The position numbers were made by a program, and so were the translations under genes. Of a DNA stretch of 64,000 bases, positions 52,089 to 61,512 are shown piece by piece; position 1 is the first letter of the stretch, and each line of letters starts with the position of its first letter. The notes under the pieces were generated by a model that was not told the DNA's origin, searched no databases, and was given only the letters and a program-made list of their open reading frames with translations. This DNA comes from Candidatus Bathyarchaeota archaeon (lineage in GTDB: Archaea > Thermoproteota > Bathyarchaeia > Bathyarchaeales > Bathycorpusculaceae): positions 24,754-88,753 of the forward strand of contig CAVYXJ010000020.1 of the NCBI GenBank assembly GCA_963772455.1, written 5' to 3'.

Positions 52089-53906
52089 ATGCAAAAAAAT
52101 CTCAGAGTTTTTTTGGCGGTTTTTGTAGTTGCCTCTGTATGTTTTGCGTTAGCATCACCAATTCAATCGGTATTAAGTGTAGACTCAAACATTTCAGATG
52201 CCTATTCTTGGCCCATGTACCAAAACGACCCCAAGCATTCAGGATATTCCCTATCTGCAGGTCCGCTGGGTAATCAAACCCTTTGGAAATACACGACAAA
52301 TGACACTTTCTGGAATGCACCAACAATAACCAACGGCATACTTTACGCTGGTTCCGACCAACACGGATCAATGTATGCATTAAACGTCACCACAGGCACA
52401 TTATTGTGGCGTCATACAACCGGGACAATAACCTCATCACCCGCTGTAATTGACGGTATATTGTATGTAGGTTACGTGGGCGGTTTTTGCGCTCTAAACG
52501 CATCAAACGGCGGGTTCATTTGGAATTTCGCTACACCGTATTTTGGAGGATACTCATCCCCAGTCGTAATTAATGGCGTAGTCTATACGGGCGAGGATAC
52601 AAACCTTTATGCACTTAACGCCTCAACAGGCTCTAAAATCTGGAGCTTCCCCACAAACGGCACTATTATCTACGCTCCCGCCTTCGACAACAACCTTATA
52701 ATCGCTACCTATAGGACTAACAATTGGGCAATAAATGGGAGCGTTTATGCATTAGATGCTTCGACTGGCTCATTAGTTTGGAAATTTAGCGCCAAAAATC
52801 AATTCTATTCATCACCCTGTACCTCACCCACCATTGCAGATGGCATGGTATTTGTAGGCTATGACAACGGCTACCAATATGCACTAGACGAGGCGACTGG
52901 AACGGTTATATGGAGCAACGGAACAAAAATTTGGATCCGCGTTGGAAACGGTTACTCAGCAAATGGCCACGTAACTTCCGCAGCAATAGCAAACGGAAAA
53001 GTCTACTTTGGGGCAACCAGCGACAACAATTCAAGTAAATGCAACATTTATGCCTTTGATCAATTTGCGGGCACGAAAATCTGGACTTACAATATGGACT
53101 GTTGGATTAACGGACAGGTTGTACTAGCAGGCAACTTAGTCTTCCTAACTGGAAACGACAGGTACATCTATGCATTAAATGCCGAAACTGGAAGCGAGGT
53201 CTGGAAATACATGACTGGCAGCGGAATTATGTCCTCTCCATCAGTCGCCGACGGCAAAGTCTACGTGGGATCAGATGACGGCAGCATATACGCCATCGGT
53301 GGCGCAGACCTTTCCTATGGACCCAACCCAACAGCAAAGCCACCTACTACACCCGGTCCAACGACCACTTTTTTGCCAACGCCAATTGCTTCGCCTACAC
53401 CAACCTCTGTTACTCAACCCCTTCCAAAATCAACGCCGACCACAACTCCAATAACATTTGGGTTTGAGATCACAGGAAACATTACTAGCTCACAAATATC
53501 CGATGCTAATTGGGTAACTAATCAAAACACAACCAAAATCTCCTTCACAGTTACAGGAGAAAGCGGAACGTTTGGTTTTAGCAATATAACGATTGCAAAA
53601 AACCGAATACCCCAAGCAACAACACCAATAATCTATGTAGACAAAATAGTAGTTCCAGAGCAAGGCTACACCCAAGACGCCTACAATTATTATGTCTGGT
53701 ACACCATCCACTTCAGCACGCACCAGATTCTTATAGATTTCAAACACGATGCTAACGCGACACCCCAACCGACCAAACAAAGCAACGGAGCCCAGGGAGA
53801 GATAACTTTTGAGTCAGTAATCTTTGGCTTGGCAATTGCATTTGCAATTCTGACTACCGTTACCGTTGTTCTTAAATTGCTAATGAGAGAAAAGAAAAAG
53901 TCTTAA
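52089..53906 (+). CDS. PQQ-like (BamB-type) beta-propeller surface protein with PT linker and C-terminal TM
   Basis: Repeated SSP.V..G.VY.G...YAL.A.TG...W units; WPMYQND; HFSTH domain. Confidence 0.88.
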   Translation: MQKNLRVFLAVFVVASVCFALASPIQSVLSVDSNISDAYSWPMYQNDPKHSGYSLSAGPLGNQTLWKYTTNDTFWNAPTITNGILYAGSDQHGSMYALNVTTGTLLWRHTTGTITSSPAVIDGILYVGYVGGFCALNASNGGFIWNFATPYFGGYSSPVVINGVVYTGEDTNLYALNASTGSKIWSFPTNGTIIYAPAFDNNLIIATYRTNNWAINGSVYALDASTGSLVWKFSAKNQFYSSPCTSPTIADGMVFVGYDNGYQYALDEATGTVIWSNGTKIWIRVGNGYSANGHVTSAAIANGKVYFGATSDNNSSKCNIYAFDQFAGTKIWTYNMDCWINGQVVLAGNLVFLTGNDRYIYALNAETGSEVWKYMTGSGIMSSPSVADGKVYVGSDDGSIYAIGGADLSYGPNPTAKPPTTPGPTTTFLPTPIASPTPTSVTQPLPKSTPTTTPITFGFEITGNITSSQISDANWVTNQNTTKISFTVTGESGTFGFSNITIAKNRIPQATTPIIYVDKIVVPEQGYTQDAYNYYVWYTIHFSTHQILIDFKHDANATPQPTKQSNGAQGEITFESVIFGLAIAFAILTTVTVVLKLLMREKKKS

Positions 53907-54103
53907 TCCATAAACTGTAATTGCTTATTCTGATTGAGGAATCCCGCCACAACCAACAGCAAACCAAACCAGCCGGAGACAAGAAAATAGTCTTCACCGT
54001 TTTGTGCTGGTAGATGATGAATATAGGCTCTCTGTCTTCTTCTAATACTATAAAAATGCAAGCATCTACAAAAATTTCGGATTAATATTTAAGACAAAAT
54101 TTT

Positions 54104-54129
54104 TGGTGGAACCAGGTGGGATTTGAACC
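54104..54129 (-). repeat. Degenerate tRNA 3' end fragment (att-like), including CCA
   Basis: TGGTGGAACCAGGTGGGATTTGAACC resembles 56397-56418. Confidence 0.65.
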
Positions 54130-54429
54130 GAAATTTATTCAAAGACTGTTTAGGGTTAATAGAGTCGGAAGGCAAAACGGATAAGGGTTAAAGACAGTAT
54201 GTTATTGTAGGAGAGTCAATCAAAATAAAAAATAAAGCAAAAAACAAAGCAAAGAATGAAACTAAGAAAGAAAACCAGACAAAAAATAAAGGAAAAAAGG
54301 ATTGGCAACAGAGATAAAAAAAATCTGAAAAAAGAAACAATACGACACCAGAATGGGACAAGTCACCTTTAGCTTTCTTCTGTAAGAAGTTTCTTTAAAA
54401 GACAATTCAGGTTGGCTCAGTGCTCTTTA

Positions 54430-54495
54430 TGGACCGGACAGGATTTGAACCCGCGGCTTCAAGTTACGAACGCAGCAATCATACCGAATCATCTA
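54430..54495 (-). pseudogene. Degenerate near-full-length copy of tRNA-Ala (att-like)
   Basis: 66 nt align with 56397-56464; anticodon stem disrupted and 5' acceptor strand missing. Confidence 0.85.
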
Positions 54496-54531
54496 AAACA
54501 TAATTCTAGCAGATACAGATAGACATATTTA

Positions 54532-54546
54532 CTATAGCGGCTATAG
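54532..54546. promoter_or_regulatory. Palindrome CTATAGC-G-GCTATAG, likely TA autoregulatory operator
   Basis: Perfect inverted repeat immediately upstream of the antitoxin gene. Confidence 0.55.
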
Positions 54547-54560
54547 CTAATGTGACCTCT

Positions 54561-54830
54561 ATGACTACAATATCAGTAACTGAGGATGTAAAAGAAAAAC
54601 TCTTGAAGGTTGCATCCGAACTTCAAATCAAGACGGGACGCAGAGTTGACCTAAATGACGCCCTTCGTTTCTTAGTAGATCAACAGAAAAAGAACCCTCG
54701 CTTGCTAGAAGAAGCTTGCAGCCCAACCTCAGGAGTTAAAGAGGCGCTCGAAGAATTAGAGACAGAACGGAAGATTGACGATGAAAGACTTGAAAGGAAA
54801 ATTAGCCATCGACACAAGCGCACTAATTGA
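54561..54830 (+). CDS. VapB-type antitoxin (RHH-like)
   Basis: MTTISVTEDVKEKL...DLNDALRFL; overlaps the PIN gene. Confidence 0.75.
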   Translation: MTTISVTEDVKEKLLKVASELQIKTGRRVDLNDALRFLVDQQKKNPRLLEEACSPTSGVKEALEELETERKIDDERLERKISHRHKRTN

Positions 54831-55209
54831 GCTATTATACTGCGATAACTTGGGGCAAAAGCTAAAAAAAGCTCTCGAAACCGACATGGTTGAAGCCTAC
54901 ACCACAGAATTAACCATAACAGAATTGCGGTATGTCTTATGCAGAAAACTTGGATGGCAACAATCAGAAGAAAGAGTAAACAAGCTTCTAGCATCAGGAT
55001 ATTTTACGGTTGAAGACACATCACAATTAATCAACGAAGCAGCCAAAATCAAATGCCAAAGAGCCATTTCGCTTCCCGACTGCTTCATTTTGGCATTAGC
55101 TCATAAAATTGCTGGTAACGCACTTTTTGCCCGCCAAGAGAAAGAGTTGGCAAACGAAATGGAGAAAAAATCGTTCGGCATTACTTTACTTTTCTTGGAA
55201 GAGATATAA
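54781..55209 (+). CDS. VapC/PIN domain toxin
   Basis: IDTSALI, TITELRY, ISLPDCFILALA. Confidence 0.88.
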   Translation: MKDLKGKLAIDTSALIELLYCDNLGQKLKKALETDMVEAYTTELTITELRYVLCRKLGWQQSEERVNKLLASGYFTVEDTSQLINEAAKIKCQRAISLPDCFILALAHKIAGNALFARQEKELANEMEKKSFGITLLFLEEI

Positions 55210-55235
55210 TAGGCAAAATCGAGGTTACATTTATA

Positions 55236-55292
55236 GGTCTGACGGGATGGATTTGAACCCGCGGCTTCAAAGTTGCAAAAGCGGCGTCTTAC
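55236..55292 (-). pseudogene. Degenerate tRNA-Ala copy (att-like) with TGC anticodon loop
   Basis: GGATTTGAACCCGCGGCTTC identical to the tRNA; loop reads TT-TGC-AA on the minus strand. Confidence 0.75.
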
Positions 55293-55364
55293 ACAGTAAT
55301 TATTTAGAGTCTGTCACATTTCATTAGTTGGAAACATCATCCATAATGATGAAGGTTAGGTAAC

Positions 55365-55580
55365 ATGAATACTGAAGAAGAGCTCTTAGAACGCATCGTT
55401 GTAAACCCAAAAATTATGGGCGGAAAGCCTATTGTAAAGGGCACACGAATCACTGTAGAGCAAGTGTTAAAGATGCTCGCACAAGGCCTAACAACACAAG
55501 AAATTCTAAAAGATTATCCACATCTGTCAAAAGATGATGTTGCCGCAGTTCTGCTTTATGCCGCCAAAATCGTAGGTTAA
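55365..55580 (+). CDS. DUF433 family antitoxin; probable premature stop
   Basis: RIVVNPKIMGGKPIVKGTRITV...EILKDYPHL; frame continues EEIYPVTVT after TAA. Confidence 0.9.
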   Translation: MNTEEELLERIVVNPKIMGGKPIVKGTRITVEQVLKMLAQGLTTQEILKDYPHLSKDDVAAVLLYAAKIVG

Positions 55581-55620
55581 GAAGAAATCTACCCCGTAAC
55601 CGTCACGTGAGCTTGATTCG

Positions 55621-55660
55621 TTGAATTTTTTAGTTGATGAATGTACAGGTATGCCTATTC
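55621..55660 (+). pseudogene. Truncated DUF5615 PIN-like toxin remnant
   Basis: MNFLVDECTG N-terminus right after DUF433, then interrupted by the convergent Lrp gene. Confidence 0.65.
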
Positions 55661-56176
55661 CTAGTAGAGTGAAGCTACAATTGCGGTTGATGTCACTTGA
55701 ACTTCAGGGATGTCTTTTTGTATTTGAGAAATTAGTAGTTGCAGGTCATTGTTATCATTTGCCTTTACTGCGCATATAACATCGTAAGGTCCAAAGACTG
55801 TATCGGCTGACAAAACTTTAGGAATACCTTGAAGTTTTTCTTGGACTATCTCCAAGTTTCTTGGTTGTCTATTTAGGAATAGGAAAGCATAGGGCTCCTC
55901 AGTGTAAGATTTGCCTTCTGAGTTTACAATTAGAGTTTCCGTTTTATCAATCATTGCATCCAAAGGAGCCAATTTTCTAATTGGGTCAAACCATTTACGG
56001 ATAAATTCATCAAGGTCTTTTAGCCCATGTAGTTGAATAAGAACTTCAGCAGGACCAAGAAGCAAGTGTATATCTCTCTTGGAAAGTCCCATTCTAATCA
56101 ATTCATCCAAAATTTTGGTTCTCGCGCCTATTTTGCAGGAAATTGTATCACAAGACAGTATCATGTATACTTTCAT
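55661..56176 (-). CDS. Tandem Lrp/AsnC ligand-binding-domain protein without HTH
   Basis: LLLGPAEVL and TVFGPYDVI repeats. Confidence 0.78.
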   Translation of the reverse strand: MKVYMILSCDTISCKIGARTKILDELIRMGLSKRDIHLLLGPAEVLIQLHGLKDLDEFIRKWFDPIRKLAPLDAMIDKTETLIVNSEGKSYTEEPYAFLFLNRQPRNLEIVQEKLQGIPKVLSADTVFGPYDVICAVKANDNNDLQLLISQIQKDIPEVQVTSTAIVASLY

Positions 56177-56396
56177 GAAACTTACCAATAGTATTGTAAT
56201 ATCATCCACTTGATAAGATTAACTCAAATTGACTATTCTTTATACTTTTACAGAGGTGTTCGGCAAAAACAGAGTCTTGGGTGCGAGGCAGGTGTCGTTT
56301 AGGTTTGTTCCTCACTATCTGAGTATTTTCTCAAGAATCCCCTATTTCCCTACAATGGCGGGAAAGGAGATGTAGGTAGGCAGGTGGGGGTGAAAG

Positions 56397-56471
56397 TGGA
56401 CCGGGCGGGATTTGAACCCGCGGCTTCCGCGTTGCGAACGCGGCGATCATACCGAACTGATCTACCGGCCC
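56397..56471 (-). tRNA. tRNA-Ala (anticodon CGC), intron-less, CCA not encoded
   Basis: GGGCCGG/CCGGTCC acceptor stem with G3:U70, anticodon arm CCGCG-TTCGCAA-CGCGG, T-loop GGTTCAAATCC. Confidence 0.96.
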
Positions 56472-56569
56472 TTTTCTGGAAAAACACGGTGCTAAGAGAA
56501 TTTAGAGCTTTCGGTGTCGAACGAATTTCTAAAGAAGCTTTATTTTGAAGATAGTCTTATTCAGTTTCT

Positions 56570-57016
56570 CTAGCTTTCATCTGGGAAGAGGTGCTTTCCT
56601 TTTTCTGTGACTTCAATAGCACCAACTTGTTTGAAAATATTTACGTTGTCTGTTACGTTCCAATATTCTGCGAGTTTCCCATCAACTATGCGATAGATAT
56701 CAACAGCTTTAGACATTATTTTCTTTCCTGTAGGAGAAATTCCCATAAATTCACCTTTATGAGTTCCAGTATAAGAAAGGCGAACCCACACCTTATCTCC
56801 TTCAGCTATGATATCTTCAATGTTTTCATGCCAATCTGGGAAGGCTTTGAGACCCATGAGAAATAACTGTTTGAGACCTTCTCTATTTACTTTGTTGGAA
56901 TGGTCGATATAATCGGGTGAAACTAAATCGTCTATTAAGTTCAAGTAGTTCATGTTTCGATTATTGTATGCTTCAATAAATCTGCGAACAATCGCTTTGT
57001 TCTCTTCTAAGGACAA
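56570..57016 (-). CDS. SnoaL-like ester cyclase (NTF2 fold)
   Basis: ENKAIVRRF, AFPD, IAEGDKV, GTHKGEFMGI.PTGK. Confidence 0.92.
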   Translation of the reverse strand: MSLEENKAIVRRFIEAYNNRNMNYLNLIDDLVSPDYIDHSNKVNREGLKQLFLMGLKAFPDWHENIEDIIAEGDKVWVRLSYTGTHKGEFMGISPTGKKIMSKAVDIYRIVDGKLAEYWNVTDNVNIFKQVGAIEVTEKGKHLFPDES

Positions 57017-57274
57017 GAAATCACCAATCAAGTCTATTCTCTTTTCGAGATTTAAGCGTATTATTAAGTCATAAGTAATAAAACTTTTTTAGACGTTTAT
57101 CATCCAGCTCACAAGTGCTTATTTTTACAATTAAGGATATTAGACTGAAGATAAAAGTCGATACAGGAAATTAGAGACACCCTCTGCAAGAAGAGAACGC
57201 ATATTATTAGAAATTATTATTCGGGAGACGCGTTTACTCTTATATAGTCTTTATGTGTATTTTGCGTTACGGTA

Positions 57275-60200
57275 ATGAATTTGACTGCCCAAACTGAAGC
57301 TGACCTAAATCAGAGCTTGCCTACAAATTATTCTCCGCTTGAACTCGAATCTGAAATGCGTGAATTCTGGATAAAAAATAATATTCGCAACAAAATGGAA
57401 CTTCTAGAAAAGACAGCTAAAGGCTTTTTAGGTTATGTTGAGGGTCCGCCAACACTCAATGGCATTCCCCACATTGGCCATGCACGCGGGCGAATCATGA
57501 AAGATATTCGTTACCGCTGGAAAACCATGGAAGGTTACTACATGCCTTTTTGGGCAGGATGGGACTGCCAAGGCTTGCCCGTGGAACTTGAAGTTGAAAA
57601 ACTCCTTGGGGTTAGAAACAAACGAGAATCAATACAAAAATTCGGCATGGAACGCTTCATCGAAGAATGCAAAAAAGCAATAATGCGCTACCACCAAATG
57701 TGGCTAGAAGCAGACGGAAAACTAGGAATAGCAATCAACCAAGACAAAGCATACTGGACCTACAAAGACAGCTACATCGAGCGCGAGTGGTTCTACCTTA
57801 AACGCGCCTGGGAACAAAACCTCCTTGAAGAAGGCCACTATGTTGTAGCTTATTGCCCAGGATGCCAAACCAGTCTTAGCAGCGCTGAAGTCGGCTACGA
57901 AGGAAGCTACAAAGAAGTCGAAGACCCTTCGGTCTACTTCAAATTCAAAGTAACGGGATCACAAAACGAGTTCTTCTTAGTTTGGACAACCATGCCCTTC
58001 ACAATCATAACCGACACCATGCTTGCTGTTCAACCAAAAGCTGAATATGTCAAAGTCCAAGTCCACCAAGAAAGCTGGATAATGGTCCGCCAACGCGTCG
58101 AAGCCGTCATGGCAGAACTCGAAATTACCAATTACCAAATTACTGAAGAAATTACAGGAAAAAGCTTGGAAGGAATGGCATACGAATACCCATTTAAAGA
58201 CATAATTCCCAAGCAAGCAGAACTAGAAACCAAGCACCCACTAGTCCACAAAGTCGTAGCAGAAGACTTTGTCGACGTTAACACAGCCACCGGTGTAGTT
58301 CATCTTTCGCCAGGCAACGGCGAAGACGATTTTTGGGTTGCAAACCGAAGAGGAGTACCCATTTTTGTTCCATTTGATGATGAAGTCAAATTTACAAACG
58401 ACGCAGGCATTTTCACAGGCGTATTTGCCCGAGACGCAGATGCACTAGTTATTGAAGAACTGCGCAACCGCAACGCCTTTGTAATGGTCAAAAAAATAAA
58501 ACACGAATATCCAACTTGCTGGCGATCCCATCATAAACTTGTCTGGTTAGCAAGAAAAGAATACTTTTTGCGAACCGACAAAATCAACAGCAAAGTGTTG
58601 GAGGCTGCAGAGAAAATTGAGTATTTCTTTGAAGAGCCAAAAAACCGTTTTCTTGGTTTCTTAAAAGAAGGAAAACCATGGTGCATCAGCCGAGAACGCA
58701 TCTGGGGCACACCTTTACCCATGTGGACCTGCGAGAAATGCTCAAACAAACGCCTAATTGAGAGCAAAAAAGAACTCATCGAAAATGCTCAAGAACCAAT
58801 CCCTGAAAACTTTGAGTTACATAAGCCCTGGGTTGACCGAATCACTTTAAAATGTGAAAAATGCGGCGGAGTTATGCGAAGAGAGGACTTTGTGTTAGAC
58901 ACTTGGCACAACAGCGGAGCTTCACCATACGCTCGATTCACGGATGAAGAATATGAAAAGTTTGTTCCAACAGATTTCTTAACCGAAGGCATAGATCAAA
59001 CTCGCGGTTGGGCTAACTCGTTACTGCTAGAATACATTATTCTAACCGGAAAGCCAGTGGCACCCTACAAAGCATTTCTATTTCAAGGATTAACACAAGA
59101 TTCAAAAGGCAGAAAAATGAGCAAAAGCCTTGGAAACGTAATCGAAACCAACAAACTCCTCGAAAAAAGCAGCGCAGACCTTTGCCGATTCTACATGATA
59201 CGCAAATGCTCACCAATCGACTTCATGAGCTTTGACTTAGCCGAAATTAGCCGCCGACCCTACCAAGTCCTCTCAACCCTCTATCATCTAAGCAGATTCT
59301 TCCTACAAAACGCCACCTTTGACGAATTCAACCCACAAAAATACACCTTAGAACAGGCTTTTATGAATAAAAAACTTCAAGCAGCTGACCTTTGGCTCAT
59401 GTCTAAATTACAAGAAAAAATCCAGGAATACACCAACAAACTTGAAAGAAGCGAATTCAACTGCGCAGTCGCAGTTTTGGATGACTTTGTCATTGAAACA
59501 TTAAGCAGACTTTACGTGCCCATGATTCGCAAAGAACTTTGGACTGATGAACCCGAAACATTTGAACGACGCCAAACCATCTACGCACTGCTACACCATA
59601 CCCTAAAAACTGTAACTTTACTCTTTAACCCAATTACACCATACTTAAGCGAAGCACTCTACCAGAAAGTCTACAAACAAATAGAGCAAGATTTACCAGA
59701 ATCAGTCAATTTTGCTTCATGGCCAACTCCAAACCAAAAAATGGTAAACAAAAACTTGGAAGAAGAATTTGACATTCTACTAAAGGTAGTCTCAATTTCA
59801 TATGCAGCACGACAACAAGGCAAATTAAAGCGCCGCTGGCCACTGGCAAAAGCAATTGTAGTTGCTCCAGAAAAAACTCTACAAGCACTAAAGAACCTTG
59901 AATCACTGTTCTTGGAACAAACCAACGTTAAGTCCGCCGAATTCACTGTGTCAGTTCCTGAGTACGTTGAAGGAGAAAATTGGGTTACAAGCCAAGAAGA
60001 CACAATTACAGTTTTCTTGAGCGGGCAACGAGACGATAAATTGTTGGGCGAAGGAATAATGCGGGATTTAGCACGACGAGTCCAAGCTTTACGTAAAGAA
60101 ATGGGATTCGTGCCGACAGAAACACTGGAGTCCGTACACATTGCCGAGTTAGATGCAGAGAGCAGGGGATTTTTAGAACCATATTTACTAGAGATGGCGG

Positions 60201-60310
60201 GATTAGTCAGAGCCAGAAAAGTCTATTTACATGTAGCATGCAACGAAATTGAAGCAAAATGGCATGAATCAGAACTCGACGGAAAAAAAATACAAATAAA
60301 CGTCCACTAG
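57275..60310 (+). CDS. ileS: Isoleucine--tRNA ligase
   Basis: EGPP..NG.PHIGH, GWDCQGLP, WTTMP, WCISRER.WG, EGIDQTRGW, KMSKS. Confidence 0.96.
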   Translation: MNLTAQTEADLNQSLPTNYSPLELESEMREFWIKNNIRNKMELLEKTAKGFLGYVEGPPTLNGIPHIGHARGRIMKDIRYRWKTMEGYYMPFWAGWDCQGLPVELEVEKLLGVRNKRESIQKFGMERFIEECKKAIMRYHQMWLEADGKLGIAINQDKAYWTYKDSYIEREWFYLKRAWEQNLLEEGHYVVAYCPGCQTSLSSAEVGYEGSYKEVEDPSVYFKFKVTGSQNEFFLVWTTMPFTIITDTMLAVQPKAEYVKVQVHQESWIMVRQRVEAVMAELEITNYQITEEITGKSLEGMAYEYPFKDIIPKQAELETKHPLVHKVVAEDFVDVNTATGVVHLSPGNGEDDFWVANRRGVPIFVPFDDEVKFTNDAGIFTGVFARDADALVIEELRNRNAFVMVKKIKHEYPTCWRSHHKLVWLARKEYFLRTDKINSKVLEAAEKIEYFFEEPKNRFLGFLKEGKPWCISRERIWGTPLPMWTCEKCSNKRLIESKKELIENAQEPIPENFELHKPWVDRITLKCEKCGGVMRREDFVLDTWHNSGASPYARFTDEEYEKFVPTDFLTEGIDQTRGWANSLLLEYIILTGKPVAPYKAFLFQGLTQDSKGRKMSKSLGNVIETNKLLEKSSADLCRFYMIRKCSPIDFMSFDLAEISRRPYQVLSTLYHLSRFFLQNATFDEFNPQKYTLEQAFMNKKLQAADLWLMSKLQEKIQEYTNKLERSEFNCAVAVLDDFVIETLSRLYVPMIRKELWTDEPETFERRQTIYALLHHTLKTVTLLFNPITPYLSEALYQKVYKQIEQDLPESVNFASWPTPNQKMVNKNLEEEFDILLKVVSISYAARQQGKLKRRWPLAKAIVVAPEKTLQALKNLESLFLEQTNVKSAEFTVSVPEYVEGENWVTSQEDTITVFLSGQRDDKLLGEGIMRDLARRVQALRKEMGFVPTETLESVHIAELDAESRGFLEPYLLEMAGLVRARKVYLHVACNEIEAKWHESELDGKKIQINVH

Positions 60311-60319
60311 GCGAAAAAA

Positions 60320-60496
60320 ATGGGGCAAGAAACAAACAACAACAAATTATACAAGTGCCCTCATTGCGCCTGTATTTTTCTTAACCAATCGGACCTAGAT
60401 AAACATCTAAGTGTCTTTGGCAACCAAAAAGAACACCACGATTACGAATATAAAAAAACGCATGCCAAACTAGAACACGGATACGGCCAAGAATAG
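60320..60496 (+). CDS. Small C2H2-like zinc-finger protein, 58 aa
   Basis: YKCPHCACIFLNQSDLDKH; ATG 10 nt after the ileS stop. Confidence 0.65.
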   Translation: MGQETNNNKLYKCPHCACIFLNQSDLDKHLSVFGNQKEHHDYEYKKTHAKLEHGYGQE

Positions 60497-60603
60497 CCGA
60501 ATTCTTCTACTTTAAATGCTTTAAGGTTAGATCCTCTCAAAAAATTAACCCTTGTACAAATTAGTCGAATATGATCGCGACATCGCCAACCTTGTCAACT
60601 AAA

Positions 60604-61421
60604 TTATTTTGTCTTAAATGCCCTTTTTACATCGTCAAGTTGTGAGCCGACGATTTCTATGTTATCGATGTTACCTAAGCCTTTTTGATGAGCTAATCGA
60701 ATATGCTTTATGTCATGAGGGTCAATTCCCATAACTCTTGCCCCCGTGGCATCAGTAGCAACAGGATCTTTTCCCGCAATTATCAGATCCATTTTTACCG
60801 GTGAACCATCAGTGGGACCTTTGCCTTCCATAGCAATAAAACCATCAATCACTGTTAAGTTCGAATGCAAAACGGTGTTTATGTCAACTATGACACCACT
60901 AATTCCTTTGGCGTGGTACTTCATTTTAAGTTTATCCGGCAACAGCCCAAACATGTTTTTCATGCCCAACGTTACTTTGGTTGCCATGTGAGTTTTCATT
61001 TTAGCTGCGCTTATTATTGCAGATTCAGTCACGATTACTCGGTACAGTTATTTCCTTTAAGCATTCACAGTTTGGGATCTCATTTTAACTTTGTTCTTTC
61101 ACATGACGCAAATTGAGACATTCGACGTCATATTGCTTGCACATTTCGTTCATTTCCGTAGCTTTGAAGGCTTTATCCGCGTTCAGTAATTGTGGCATCT
61201 GATTCTACAACAAAGACTTCTACAGAAAGCTTCCGTATTCGCTGAATCAGGGCTTCAACTACCATAGGATCAGTTGTGGCACCACTGTCCCATGTTTTAG
61301 TAGTTATGAAGTTAACTTTGATGAGAACCTTCTTGTATCCTGCAAGAGCGGATTGATAATCAATCAAATCTAAAGCTTTGAAAAACGGGTCAGCCGCTCG
61401 CTCGCCCTTAACAATTGCCAC
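60604..61421 (-). CDS. DUF362 domain protein, frameshifted
   Basis: VLIKVN, TTDP, KMKTH..TLGMKN.FG, IDG...EG.GP, DPVATD. Confidence 0.85.
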
Positions 61422-61512
61422 TTTTGATTTTTCCGTAAAAACACCTATTGGTTAAAACTTCAAGAAAGCTTTAAACATTTACAATAAACCCAACCTGTAA
61501 CTAACACAAAAA

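Larger units (their letters stand above)
49241..56396. mobile_element. Eroded integration hotspot/island downstream of tRNA-Ala
   Basis: tRNA repeats, three TA modules, iteron-like array; no integrase; left boundary uncertain. Confidence 0.55.

Noticed and set aside
54430-54495. Functional tRNA-Thr(CGT) or a split-tRNA half
   Set aside because: Anticodon and acceptor stems are broken, the 5' strand is missing, and no complementary leader or bulge-helix-bulge partner is visible
56338-56390. GC-rich imperfect inverted repeat just downstream of the tRNA as a second origin remnant
   Set aside because: Too short and imperfect to tell apart from a terminator-like or chance hairpin
57977-60141. 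Minus-strand ORFs inside ileS, and similar short antisense ORFs throughout the track
   Set aside because: They fully overlap well-supported genes and have no motifs
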